Part shown: positions 19,950-29,310 of the stretch, one piece after another
How positions within the stretch are numbered: position 1 is the stretch's first letter
Layout: each line of letters begins with the position of its first letter
Source of the DNA: a virus
Lineage: Duplodnaviria > Caudoviricetes
Strand: one strand, 5' to 3'
IMG/VR virus record: IMGVR_UViG_3300031673_000051
Location: 1-56,897 of that record
DNA length: 56,897 nt
Program-made: the position numbers and the translations under genes
The notes under the pieces: generated by a model
Seen by the model: only the letters and a program-made list of their open reading frames with translations
Database searches by the model: none
What the model was told of the DNA's origin: nothing

Positions 19950-22487
19950 TTAACTCTCTTTATCAAAAGGCAAAGTCAATTGACCGGGGGTATCCGCTAC
20001 CACAACTGAATCAACCCGGTGACTATCATCTACCTCTTTATCCAAAATCATAGCATTACCATATAAAGCGTTCCATTTCTCCATACATCTTTCTATTCCG
20101 AGCCAACCTCCACTACGTTCCAACTTCTTTAGTGCCACTTCATTTACCCGACCATCTGCATGCTGAGTTTGCGTCGGAACAAATGATTGTAAATCTGTAT
20201 CAAACAAACATGGTTTATTAAATACTCTATCCTTATCTTCCTTACTCATTGACTTATCTAACAACTCCTTAACTTTTATCTCGTGAGCCATTCTCCCTTT
20301 ACGCTTCTCACACAAGAATTTATTCTCGCGAAGTTCCCTGAGTGTCTTATCCCTAAGGGCCTGTCTCTTCCGTTCAAATGGTTGTTCTTCCTCAGGAAGT
20401 TCCTCAATAGGTGCTTCCTCAATTGGAGCTACTTCTTCCGCCACAAGATATTCTTTAAGATCAAAATCCTCTAACTTTAAAATCTTCTCATTTAAGTAAT
20501 TGAATATCTCAATCTTATCTAACTGCTTATCCGTCCCATCAACAATATCACTTATCACTTCCATCATTGAGGATACAACTTCCATACCATCCTTTAAGGA
20601 CGCTTTCAAGGACTCCTCTTCTGCCGTACTCATCTCAGGCATCTGAACATCAAAAAGATTTGGGTCGGGATCCATATTCATATAAGCTAAATGAATCTGA
20701 CAAATTCTTTTGATTCCTGTCCTAACCGTCCTCTGTAATTTTCTGGCCATCCTGGCAAAATTGATATCTACTTTTTCAATGGCCTGACTACCCAGTGCTC
20801 CTGTAGCTTCCTTTAACCATGCACCTAATAGAGGAAGTGGAGTTCTTAGGGCTGATGCCAACTGCTGGCGTAAATCCTCAATATCCTTAATCCATCGTAT
20901 ATCCGTCTCTCCACCTATCTTATCAAAAGTAAGATCACCCACGTTATCCCAAACGGGGATGAAAATATCTTCTATGCTTGACATAGGGTTTTCTTTGCTC
21001 TCGAGGTTTGGAGAGCCAGCACTTGTATCCATACTCCGTGCTTCTCTAAGCACTCGACTATACTGATCTATAAGTTCACCTACTGCCTCCATGTTGGCGC
21101 TATCTACTTTGAGCTTCCAAACGTAGCGGATTAGGCCCCTACTCAACCGGGCAATTAATAAGCTATCTTCTGCTAATCTCAACCTTCTATAAATTGCTAA
21201 GGCATTCATTATAACAGATGTACCATATCGGGTTGTCACCTGCTTTGATCTTAATCCTGTCAATAAATGTACAGTTCTATATTCTGCATAAGACTGATCA
21301 CCAAACTGTGGCCTTTGTTTCTTCCCACCTAACAATCTAAAGTGAACATACTCCCACGGGGCCATTAGTCTTTGTTGATCCCCTGCTTGACCTACAGGTG
21401 TTTTGTAATATCCTATCAATACTCCCTCATGATCCACCCTACTTATATTTATCGGATGGTCACTATCATCAATTGATATAACCCCCTGTCCTGGAATTCC
21501 ATTTACCTTAACAAACATATCTCCATATGAACCTGCTGTAAATGCCCAATCAAATATCTTCTCCTCTATACCAATCCGGTCCATCAATTTTGTTAATTCC
21601 TTTTGGTATGTTGGACTCTCACTTGTTACCCATATGGTGGCATTATGCATGGGAGAAAAGACCGTATTGGAAATATAAATACCTACATCCAAACCAAACA
21701 AGTGACTCCCAGTTACCTCTATGTCATAAACTACCTGTTCTCCAATACATTCTATCTTTGTAATTTTATAATTACACGGTGATGTTGTAAGAAAATAAGC
21801 ATTTTGTAAGAAAAAAGAGACATCTGTGTACCTCACCCAGTTACCATGTGCATCCAGGGTAGGTACATACATACCACCTGCTACATCCCACACCAATTCA
21901 AACCTATTGTCAGTCAGGCACCGGGCGAACGGCATTAAAGAATCACCAACTACCAATTCATCCGTCCTACACAGGCTGCCATCTCTCTTAATAAACTTGT
22001 GGTTATCGCTGGCATCTACAAACTTCCCATTATCCAACCATACTCTATAAGTCTTGGGTGTATGTTTTTGTTTAACTGCATTTACAATCTTAGCAGGTTG
22101 GGGTTTTCCATTAGTATCACAAGAATAAACCCAATTCTCTTTACCTACCTTGTGCTCTTCTAAAATCTCTCTAATTGTCAACGTTCTGCCATCAAGAAGA
22201 GGTATTCTAGTATCTCCCGTTAAACAGCAGTAATTTGCGTATAACTCTGTTGCTGCGCCTACAATAGGATGTTCCAGGGCTTTCTCCACCTGATGGTAAA
22301 TATTATACCTATCATAAAATATCTGAGCATCGGCGAGTAAGTCGTGTTGTACTTGAGTTGATGTAAGACCTATCCTTCTCAATAAAGTCTTATCTTCTGG
22401 TGATAAATGATCTACCTGAGAAACCTCTCCAGGAAGCATCAATGGCTTATTATAAAGATTGTTGAGCTGTGCAAACGGATTATTCAT
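19950..22487 (-). CDS. Portal protein (T4 gp20-like) containing a mini-intein
   Basis: YGDMF, YVHFRL, YGTSV, RLRLAEDSLLIARLSR, EDIFIP, ALRTP motifs typical of T4-like portals. Confidence 0.88.
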   Translation of the reverse strand: MNNPFAQLNNLYNKPLMLPGEVSQVDHLSPEDKTLLRRIGLTSTQVQHDLLADAQIFYDRYNIYHQVEKALEHPIVGAATELYANYCCLTGDTRIPLLDGRTLTIREILEEHKVGKENWVYSCDTNGKPQPAKIVNAVKQKHTPKTYRVWLDNGKFVDASDNHKFIKRDGSLCRTDELVVGDSLMPFARCLTDNRFELVWDVAGGMYVPTLDAHGNWVRYTDVSFFLQNAYFLTTSPCNYKITKIECIGEQVVYDIEVTGSHLFGLDVGIYISNTVFSPMHNATIWVTSESPTYQKELTKLMDRIGIEEKIFDWAFTAGSYGDMFVKVNGIPGQGVISIDDSDHPINISRVDHEGVLIGYYKTPVGQAGDQQRLMAPWEYVHFRLLGGKKQRPQFGDQSYAEYRTVHLLTGLRSKQVTTRYGTSVIMNALAIYRRLRLAEDSLLIARLSRGLIRYVWKLKVDSANMEAVGELIDQYSRVLREARSMDTSAGSPNLESKENPMSSIEDIFIPVWDNVGDLTFDKIGGETDIRWIKDIEDLRQQLASALRTPLPLLGAWLKEATGALGSQAIEKVDINFARMARKLQRTVRTGIKRICQIHLAYMNMDPDPNLFDVQMPEMSTAEEESLKASLKDGMEVVSSMMEVISDIVDGTDKQLDKIEIFNYLNEKILKLEDFDLKEYLVAEEVAPIEEAPIEELPEEEQPFERKRQALRDKTLRELRENKFLCEKRKGRMAHEIKVKELLDKSMSKEDKDRVFNKPCLFDTDLQSFVPTQTQHADGRVNEVALKKLERSGGWLGIERCMEKWNALYGNAMILDKEVDDSHRVDSVVVADTPGQLTLPFDKES
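21666..22226 (-). mobile_element. Mini-intein (187 aa) in portal
   Basis: Starts CLTGDTRIPLLDG; block B ASDNHKF; ends VYDIEV...HLF...YISN followed by Thr; no endonuclease motif. Confidence 0.9.
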
Positions 22488-22638
22488 ATCAACCCTACTT
22501 TAATCACTGTTTTTAACTTAAAAGACGGCCTACATTTCACCAAAACATGATCCAAATATACCTCTGGTACATTATAATATAAAGGTACTTGTCTATACAC
22601 CTATATAAATAAAGAACCAAATAAAAAATTTTTTGAAA

Positions 22639-22890
22639 CTATTTTAAATCTTCCCAGTATTTCTTATAGACTTCAATTTGTTCATCAAGCTCTATACTTA
22701 ATCCATGAGTACTCCGATAGTATGATGTTAAGATGATTCCGGACATATCATCTGCATGCTCAATGCCCCTTTCCTTAAACCACTTGTAGAGGGCGCCTTC
22801 TTCATCCCACAATTTCCAGTTATTGCGTATCCACCTTCCGAGGCTATGATGTAAGGAACAGGTAAACTTTTCTTCACTCCACTCCTTCAC
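22639..22890 (-). CDS. DUF6794-like protein
   Basis: HHSLGRWIRNNWKLW and HADDMSGIIL motifs. Confidence 0.7.
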   Translation of the reverse strand: MKEWSEEKFTCSLHHSLGRWIRNNWKLWDEEGALYKWFKERGIEHADDMSGIILTSYYRSTHGLSIELDEQIEVYKKYWEDLK

Positions 22891-23148
22891 TTCTTCTGGA
22901 TTTACGGATAAGTACAGTGGTCGAACAATCTCATCTACCTCTTCTATACACTCGTCTAAATTGGTAGGGAGTTATTTATTTCTTCCTCTGGTTTACTTAC
23001 CTGCTCCCTATGTCCAACACACCAGTTATCTATTTGAGTCAGCACACCCATTAAATCTGGTAAAGGTTCACACTGGGGAGCAAGACTTTTGAATAACCTA
23101 CTTGCATACCCATAGGCTTCTTTATACATCTGTTCGTTTCCTATCATA

Positions 23149-23784
23149 TTACCCTCTCCTCTCTCCCATCTCCTTGGACAACAATTGTAATGTCTCATCT
23201 ACTTTCCTACTTGCACAGTAATCCGCTAAATGAACCAACTGAGCAAACGCCTGCTCTTCGCCCTTTAAGTTACTCGGTCGGTAAGCGACATCTGTGGTCC
23301 ACTGACCCATGTGACCTGCTATTCCCATAAGAATCCTGTGCCGTGTGGGCTCAGATAGATACGAACCCATGTTGGCCACCCTTATTGCCTCAGCCAAGTA
23401 CACACCATGGGTACCTGTTGTATTTCCACACCGTTTGTAACTGACGTCCGTTGGGCCGTTCTTGTGCATATCATGCATCAATAGGGCCGCAGTAACTTCA
23501 TCCTTTAGAAGAGCCTCTGGAATACCTTTTAATGCATCAAAAGTATTGACAGCTCGAATCAACCCTTCACCCCACCATACAGCCAACTTGGTATGCCGTA
23601 CTAATCCACCTTTACCTATGGAAACAGCCGGGTGATACTTCCCTGAAAGACTGGCAGGACAAGTCCAAAAATATTCAGGACACAGGTCATCAAAACAATC
23701 CAAAACAAATGACATTATATCATCATTTTGAATGCTTGCTATTTCTTCTACAAAAACTTCTTCAGCTTTCATTTCTACCACCAA
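23149..23784 (-). CDS. HD-domain phosphohydrolase
   Basis: PAS.SGKYHP...GGLVRHT, LMHD, HMGQW, HLADY. Confidence 0.85.
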   Translation of the reverse strand: MVVEMKAEEVFVEEIASIQNDDIMSFVLDCFDDLCPEYFWTCPASLSGKYHPAVSIGKGGLVRHTKLAVWWGEGLIRAVNTFDALKGIPEALLKDEVTAALLMHDMHKNGPTDVSYKRCGNTTGTHGVYLAEAIRVANMGSYLSEPTRHRILMGIAGHMGQWTTDVAYRPSNLKGEEQAFAQLVHLADYCASRKVDETLQLLSKEMGERRG

Positions 23785-23864
23785 ATGACTTTAATTATTT
23801 TTTTCTCAATCTACACAACGGACAACGATAGTAATCCACCACTTGAAATTTCTCCCAACCATCC

Positions 23865-24265
23865 CTACCAAACATCAATGGTAAAACAATCGCGTCTCTT
23901 TATCCATTCTTGAACGTCAATTGTTTCTCGCTTCACAAGCTCACACGCCCAACTTGTATATTCGTCTAATATGACATCAACAAATTCCTTAGCCGCTACT
24001 TTCATTTTATCTGTGTAGACTGTACCATTACCTTCGGGATTACTGTATTCTTCATCCAAGTCTTCTATGAGCCTTTCTAAAACGGAAAAAGCTAATAAAT
24101 CCGCTTTGGTAAATCCATGTGTGCATAGCCACACACCTCTATAGTCTCAGGTAGGTCTTTAATATTTTCTATACCATCCAGCACAGACTCAATTGCATCA
24201 TCCATTTCGGTGTAGGTCAGATATTCGTCGCCTTCTGAACCCCAAAATTTTATTTCTTTACTCAT
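23865..24265 (-). CDS. Hypothetical protein with apparent 1-bp deletion near 24105
   Basis: Start MSKEIKFWG at 24265 with GAGGAG RBS joins ORF 23865..24134 if one A is restored. Confidence 0.5.
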
Positions 24266-24498
24266 TGTTTAAGCTCCTCACGTTTAATAAAACTATCTTT
24301 ATCACCCACAAATCCAAACACTTCAAGCTGTAACCAATTTGGCCATTCTTCCTGATGATGAAATGCACTGCAAGCACACGGGCCAGAAAGCATATCACAA
24401 GGTTTGGTGCAGGCGTTATAGAATTTACCTATATATTCAATCGGCATATTTGCAAGACCGTTTTTTTCGTTGTAGCAATCTTTATGCTTACCTATCAT
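24262..24498 (-). CDS. Cys-rich hypothetical protein
   Basis: NAC..PCDML.GPCAC.A.H motif. Confidence 0.6.
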   Translation of the reverse strand: MIGKHKDCYNEKNGLANMPIEYIGKFYNACTKPCDMLSGPCACSAFHHQEEWPNWLQLEVFGFVGDKDSFIKREELKQ

Positions 24499-24514
24499 CT
24501 TTTGCTCCTTTGTG

Positions 24515-24697
24515 TTATTGTTCTAATTCTCTATTAATAACTTCTTCACCTGTAATAGGCATATCATGTTCTTCTATTTCATCCATTGTGTTCTTAAACC
24601 ACTCTAAAGCTGCACGCCAACTTTCTTCTCCAGAAGGTAGGTTTGAAGTCAGACTCTTTTGTTGGTATTCCTTTTGATATTTCTTAAATGCTTTCAT
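24515..24697 (-). CDS. Small hypothetical protein (W.AALEW family)
   Basis: Paralogous to 24807..25004; ends RELEQ. Confidence 0.55.
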   Translation of the reverse strand: MKAFKKYQKEYQQKSLTSNLPSGEESWRAALEWFKNTMDEIEEHDMPITGEEVINRELEQ

Positions 24698-24806
24698 ATT
24701 ACCCTCGATAAAATAGATACAATTAATCCTGCAAGCATGCCCATTAAAATAGACGGCAAAAGCAGTACAATAAAAACAAATAATGCATACCCTAAGTATT
24801 CCTTAA

Positions 24807-25004
24807 TTATTGTTCCAACTCCTCTTCTATATCCCAGGGGTCAATATAATCTTGTCCTGTATCATTTGTATGTATACTTTTTAATGCCCATTCCAAAGCC
24901 GCTTTCCAAGCCATTTCTGCAAACTCTTCATTATCTTCGCTTACATAATCTTCCAACCAAAATTGGTTATCTGGATTTTTCCACCACTTTTCAAAATTTT
25001 TCAT
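24807..25004 (-). CDS. Small hypothetical protein (W.AALEW family)
   Basis: AWKAALEW...EEELEQ; GAGGAG RBS. Confidence 0.6.
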   Translation of the reverse strand: MKNFEKWWKNPDNQFWLEDYVSEDNEEFAEMAWKAALEWALKSIHTNDTGQDYIDPWDIEEELEQ

Positions 25005-25477
25005 TGTTCAAGCTCCTCTTTCTTTCTTCAAAAAATGTATTCAAATCTTCATAATTATCATAAACATATTGCAAAGGCGTTTCTTTTTCAAAAAATTTTG
25101 TAAGAGTTCTGTGTAATATTTTTAATTGATAATCGGGTATCCTTTCAAAATATATCCACTCATTACATCTTTTACAGGTAAACTGCTAACAAATACCAAA
25201 GAATACAGGAAACAGGAATATTAGAACGGTACGCACAAAAAATCTCTTCTTTCCAAACCCGTTTTAAACCTGCTCTACTACGCCACCTTTGAATCAGCAT
25301 TTGAGTAGATTCTTTACTTTCGCCCGGCCAATACATATTTATTTCTCTCCCTCTCTTTAACTTCCAACTCTTCTATATAATCCCTGAACGGGCACACCTG
25401 ACAAATCTTAGCCTTAGCCTTTCTTTGTCTCTTACAATTTTTGTAAAACCAACTATCAAAATCTATCTTAATAGCTT

Positions 25478-25669
25478 TCATTCTATTTCCCTGAAGTTAT
25501 CAAAACAATAATTTGAAATATGCATATACAATCTCTTGTCACCAAACTTACTTTCAAATTCAGAATCATCATCTGTTTCTTCCTGTTCCAACAAATTGGT
25601 AAAAAGATCTTTATCTTCTAACTCAATAAGATACCAATGGCAATTTTCATCCTGTTTCAAACACTTCAT
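25478..25669 (-). CDS. Hypothetical protein
   Basis: ORF with AGGAG RBS; QD...HWYLI motif. Confidence 0.55.
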   Translation of the reverse strand: MKCLKQDENCHWYLIELEDKDLFTNLLEQEETDDDSEFESKFGDKRLYMHISNYCFDNFREIE

Positions 25670-25682
25670 GATATTCTCCTAT

Positions 25683-26935
25683 TCATACTAAAAATTCTTT
25701 TATAAAGTACTCCTGAGCTTTACCTTCTAATACTTTTTGTTGTAAACATGCCACCGTGATTTTGTTGGGTTTTAATTCAATTTTATTCTCATCTAAATCC
25801 AAATCAAAAAACCTTTTCATGAATTCACAAAATACTTCTTTGTTGACATAACCTAATTTTAACTTTAAATCAATACGCCCAGGTCGAAGAAAAGCAGAAT
25901 CGAGCTTATCTATATAGTTAGTTGTAAAAATTACAATCCTCCCGTGAGAAGATATCAAACCATCCATTGCATTTAAAATATCAGAGATACCCAAAGAAAA
26001 GAAATCCTGTAAAGATGTTCTTTTTCTGCAGCTTTCTTTACCGGACTGACGGTATCTTCTTTCTTTTCTTTACCTCCCATTCTTTGGTGTATTGAATAAT
26101 TAGCATCTATATCTTCCACTACTAAAATTTGAAATTCCTCATTTTCACAATCATCAAAAGCTTTTTCTATAGAACCTACACACTTTGCAGGAAGAATTTT
26201 AATATCATAATCAAATTCCGCAGCGATAGCTTTGATTAAAGAAGTTTTTCCTGTTCCAGAAGGACCATATAGTAAAATACCTAGATGATAGGGAATTCCA
26301 TTTTCAATATACCAAGTTTCTTTTTCTTGAAATTCTGAAATGGTTCTTAAAATTAATCGCTTTTCTTTCTTCGGCATAAACACACTGTCCATAGACCGTT
26401 TTGGCTGATCTCCCGCCCTCTTCCAATATTCATCTCTATAAACAAATGTCCTTGTTTTAGAACTGTCTTTTATAAAACCTCTCTTTATTTCTTCCACCAT
26501 TTCATCAAAAAATCTATGAGACCGACCAATTTTCAATATCGACAATTCTAACTTATCTCTTTCTGTTGCGCTACTTTCTAAACGATTCAATTTCAAAATT
26601 AACGGTCGATTCCTATACCAAATAACATGAGTTCCCATGCCTATTGATTTTGTTGATTCCTTATCACCATATCTTCCATTTACAATATTAATTTTACGAA
26701 GTTTCTTTAAGTATCCCTGCTTCATAAACCAAGTCATAATTAAATAATAAGATTCATTAGAAGACATTACTGTAAATGTGGTTGTAAGATGTTTCTTTAA
26801 AAGCCCAAAAACTTTTCTTGGTATATTTCGACAAAAGAAAGTTAATACTCCTAATATCCAAGCAGAAATAGCTGTAGTTAAAAACTGATTACCCCCAGAT
26901 ATTTCTGTAATGTACTGAACAATTTGAGTAATCAT
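25683..26935 (-). CDS. BCS1-like AAA+ ATPase (apparent 1-bp deletion near 26021)
   Basis: N-terminal TM, WY...GIPYHLGILLYGPSGTGKTS, VVEDID, then in the second frame ILNAMDG, FTTN..DKLD.AFLRPGRID; adding one A gives EKRTSLQDFFSLGISDILN. Confidence 0.85.
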
Positions 26936-26957
26936 TTACACCTCCTAAGTTATAAAG

Positions 26958-27032
26958 GGTGACTGAGGAGATTTGAACTCCTGACCCCTGGATCCACAAT
27001 CTAGTGCTCTAACCAACTGAGCTACAGTCACC
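26958..27032 (-). tRNA. tRNA-His (GUG)
   Basis: Cloverleaf G-1 GTGACTG / TAGCTCAGTTGGTTAGAGC / CTAGA-TTGTGGA-TCCAG / AGGAG-TTCAAAT-CTCCT / CAGTCAC C; one A.C mismatch in anticodon stem; CCA not encoded. Confidence 0.9.
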
Positions 27033-27049
27033 GTTACAATCACCCTAAA

Positions 27050-27133
27050 TGGCCCAGGAGGGAGTTGAACCCTCACATCCAGAAGGATACTGGAGCTTAA
27101 ATCCAGTGCGTCTGCCAATTCCGCCACCGGGCC
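27050..27133 (-). tRNA. tRNA-Leu (UAA)
   Basis: GGCCCGG / TGGCGGAATTGGCAGACGC / CTGGA-TTTAAGC-TCCAG / long variable arm / GAGGG-TTCAACT-CCCTC / CTGGGCC A. Confidence 0.92.
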
Positions 27134-27351
27134 TACTTCTTAAAACCCATATACCCAACAATCATTATAGAATCAATTACAAACTTAATCCCCAACCATA
27201 AAAGATAGTAAAAATCCCCTTTATGTCCATGTTCTTCACCCCGGGAATTTCTATGGTGGGTCAACCTCCAAAATATAAATACTAAACTAACCAGATCTAC
27301 TATAAATTTAACTGCCAACCAAAACAAGAAGTATAAATCAAAGTCATACAT
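27133..27351 (-). CDS. Small membrane protein with duplicated TM helix
   Basis: DLYFLFWLAVKFIVD / DFYYLLWLGIKFVID. Confidence 0.55.
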   Translation of the reverse strand: MYDFDLYFLFWLAVKFIVDLVSLVFIFWRLTHHRNSRGEEHGHKGDFYYLLWLGIKFVIDSIMIVGYMGFKK

Positions 27352-27381
27352 CCTAAACCTTTCTTTTACGGAGTCTACTGG

Positions 27382-28011
27382 TTAGTCTGCCATCCTCTGT
27401 GGACAATCTGCTTTTGAAATATCACACCATTTACATTCCCCGCTGCTGGGAACTTTTCTACAAGGAGTATCTCCACCTACCCGCTTTACAAGGTCCCAAA
27501 CCACTTCTTTCAAAAAGTCATCTATGTCTGACCAATCTACTGGAACCAAATTATCATTATAAACAACCTGGCCATTAAAAGTAGTATCTTTATACTGTGG
27601 ATGAGCTAAAGGTAAACATATCAAGTAGAGCATCACCTGAACTAAATCACTATTCTTAGCTCTACCAGTCTTACAATCAACTACAATACACCTACCATCT
27701 TTTTCAGCATTCAAACCTACAATGTCTGCCTTACCTGAAACAGTAATATTAGTTTCGGGAACCTCCACCTTAAAACTATTCTGATCTTCAATCAGTACTT
27801 TATATCCTAAGCGTTCCAATTCATCCCTACGCTTATGCAATAAGTTATTATGATTTATTGTCCATTTGACCAAATTGAACTGTGTCGAAGAGGACTTCTC
27901 ACTCTTAAAATGAGCCTTAAACCAAGAAGCCCACTCACACTGGGATTCTCCTGCTATCAACTTCGTCAACCAAGTACACCAAATGTAAGGTTTGTCACGT
28001 TTCTCTGCCAT
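27382..28011 (-). CDS. Cas4-like PD-(D/E)XK exonuclease with Fe-S cysteines
   Basis: Probable start 28011 (GAGGA RBS); SQCEW, GKADIV, VVDCKTG, QVMLY, CKWC.....DCP. Confidence 0.8.
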   Translation of the reverse strand: MAEKRDKPYIWCTWLTKLIAGESQCEWASWFKAHFKSEKSSSTQFNLVKWTINHNNLLHKRRDELERLGYKVLIEDQNSFKVEVPETNITVSGKADIVGLNAEKDGRCIVVDCKTGRAKNSDLVQVMLYLICLPLAHPQYKDTTFNGQVVYNDNLVPVDWSDIDDFLKEVVWDLVKRVGGDTPCRKVPSSGECKWCDISKADCPQRMAD

Positions 28012-28828
28012 TATTTTCCTCTTCAAAAAGTCTCTTACAATATTCTGCACAAGCATCCTCTGCTTGCTTCTGAGTGTCATAAGGTCCGGTTCTCCCTGAC
28101 CGAGTCTCATCCCACCAATACCAAGCGCCATCTTCATATCTTACTGGGTCAAAATCATAAGACTCAAAAATAGCCATATCAACAAGCTTATCCAACACCT
28201 GCCTAACAAACTCTCGACTCATTGTTTCACTACTACAATGAATCTTTCCATCCCTCTTATCAAAACTTATATGACCAAAACCTAATGGACCAGGAGAACC
28301 CCAGCTAATATCAATCAAACCCTCCCGATAATCTTCGGGCAACTCCACACTATCTATGATGTAAGTAGAATCAGGTGTCTTCTCTGCCGCTTTTATCTCT
28401 GAAATCTTCTGTTGTATTGGTACGAGCTCAGCAAGGTCATACACCCCTGTAACATAAAAGATAGGTACACCTGCTTTATTTGCTGCATCAATCTCCACAG
28501 CAATACCTCCACCAAGCCAACCATCCTCCATAAGAACAATGTGAAGATCCTGTACTGCCAATATCTGACAATCCACAGCAAGAATTTGCTGTTCAGTTAG
28601 TAACTTTTCTGTGTAGCAACGCTGGACAAAATCCTCGTGCTCCGCTGGAACATACAACTTAAGATTGGGTATATTTACTCGAATCCAATCAGCCACTACT
28701 TGAGCCTTTACACAATTGGCATCCATATCCTCAAGAGTAGCTTTTATACCCTTCTTTCCTCTAATAGTGTGTGAAAAATATGCAGTTACCATACTCATAA
28801 CATTCTCCCAATAATAAACTGTCTCCAT
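27995..28828 (-). CDS. Nucleoside 2-deoxyribosyltransferase/nucleotide hydrolase-like domain fused to small unknown domains
   Basis: AYFSH.IRG, LYVP.E, ILAVD, GGGIAVEIDAA..AGVPIF pattern of the NDT fold. Confidence 0.65.
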   Translation of the reverse strand: METVYYWENVMSMVTAYFSHTIRGKKGIKATLEDMDANCVKAQVVADWIRVNIPNLKLYVPAEHEDFVQRCYTEKLLTEQQILAVDCQILAVQDLHIVLMEDGWLGGGIAVEIDAANKAGVPIFYVTGVYDLAELVPIQQKISEIKAAEKTPDSTYIIDSVELPEDYREGLIDISWGSPGPLGFGHISFDKRDGKIHCSSETMSREFVRQVLDKLVDMAIFESYDFDPVRYEDGAWYWWDETRSGRTGPYDTQKQAEDACAEYCKRLFEEENNGRET

Positions 28829-28835
28829 ACTTTAA

Positions 28836-29306
28836 TTATTCTTCCTTGACAACTTTCCATTTTTCAAGAAAAGGTTTAACACAATTTGGATACTTATCTA
28901 TTATCTCTGAAGCTTTTGCATTCAATCTTTGCATATCTGGTCCATTTGGATGCCGGATAGGTCGATCATCCTCCCAGTTACCCATCAACATTGAATCTCT
29001 AAGTACCACCAAAGAAGCAATAGCTTTAGTAATATGTGACAGACCACTATCCCCGTCGGTATCTTCACCTTCCCACCACTGTTCAAACACATGCCGCCAC
29101 ACGGCATCAACGTATACTGAAGCTCTCACTCCGGCGTCTCTGTAATTGTGGGCACCATACTTTCTACCACCTTCCAACATAGCAAGTCCGACCTCGGACA
29201 TAACCTGCATAGGTACCAGGTGTATGGGAACTTTACGGATACCCAGGGCATCCTTTGGATTCGTTGCTTTCTTTCTAGGTGGAACTATTTTAATTTCATC
29301 CTGCAT
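28836..29306 (-). CDS. dATP/dGTP diphosphohydrolase (DUF5664-like)
   Basis: TNPKD..G.RK.P..LVP, EG..KYG.HNYR, Y.DA..RH...WWEGED.D.DSGLSH, DDRP. Confidence 0.85.
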   Translation of the reverse strand: MQDEIKIVPPRKKATNPKDALGIRKVPIHLVPMQVMSEVGLAMLEGGRKYGAHNYRDAGVRASVYVDAVWRHVFEQWWEGEDTDGDSGLSHITKAIASLVVLRDSMLMGNWEDDRPIRHPNGPDMQRLNAKASEIIDKYPNCVKPFLEKWKVVKEE

Positions 29307-29310
29307 ACTA

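Noticed and set aside
22572-22596. Sigma70 promoter upstream of the portal (TAGACA...TATAAT)
   Set aside because: Spacer is only 13 bp; retained only as part of the tentative GTACCA motif
26945-27127. 60 aa ORF MAELADALDLSS
   Set aside because: It is a translation of the two tRNA genes
27382-28011. CRISPR-Cas system suggested by the Cas4-like gene
   Set aside because: No repeat-spacer array or other cas genes are visible; solo Cas4-like nucleases are common in phages
23149-29306. Z-genome (2-aminoadenine) pathway from HD hydrolase plus dATP/dGTP diphosphohydrolase
   Set aside because: No PurZ in the window and both families are widespread; cannot be excluded for the rest of the genome
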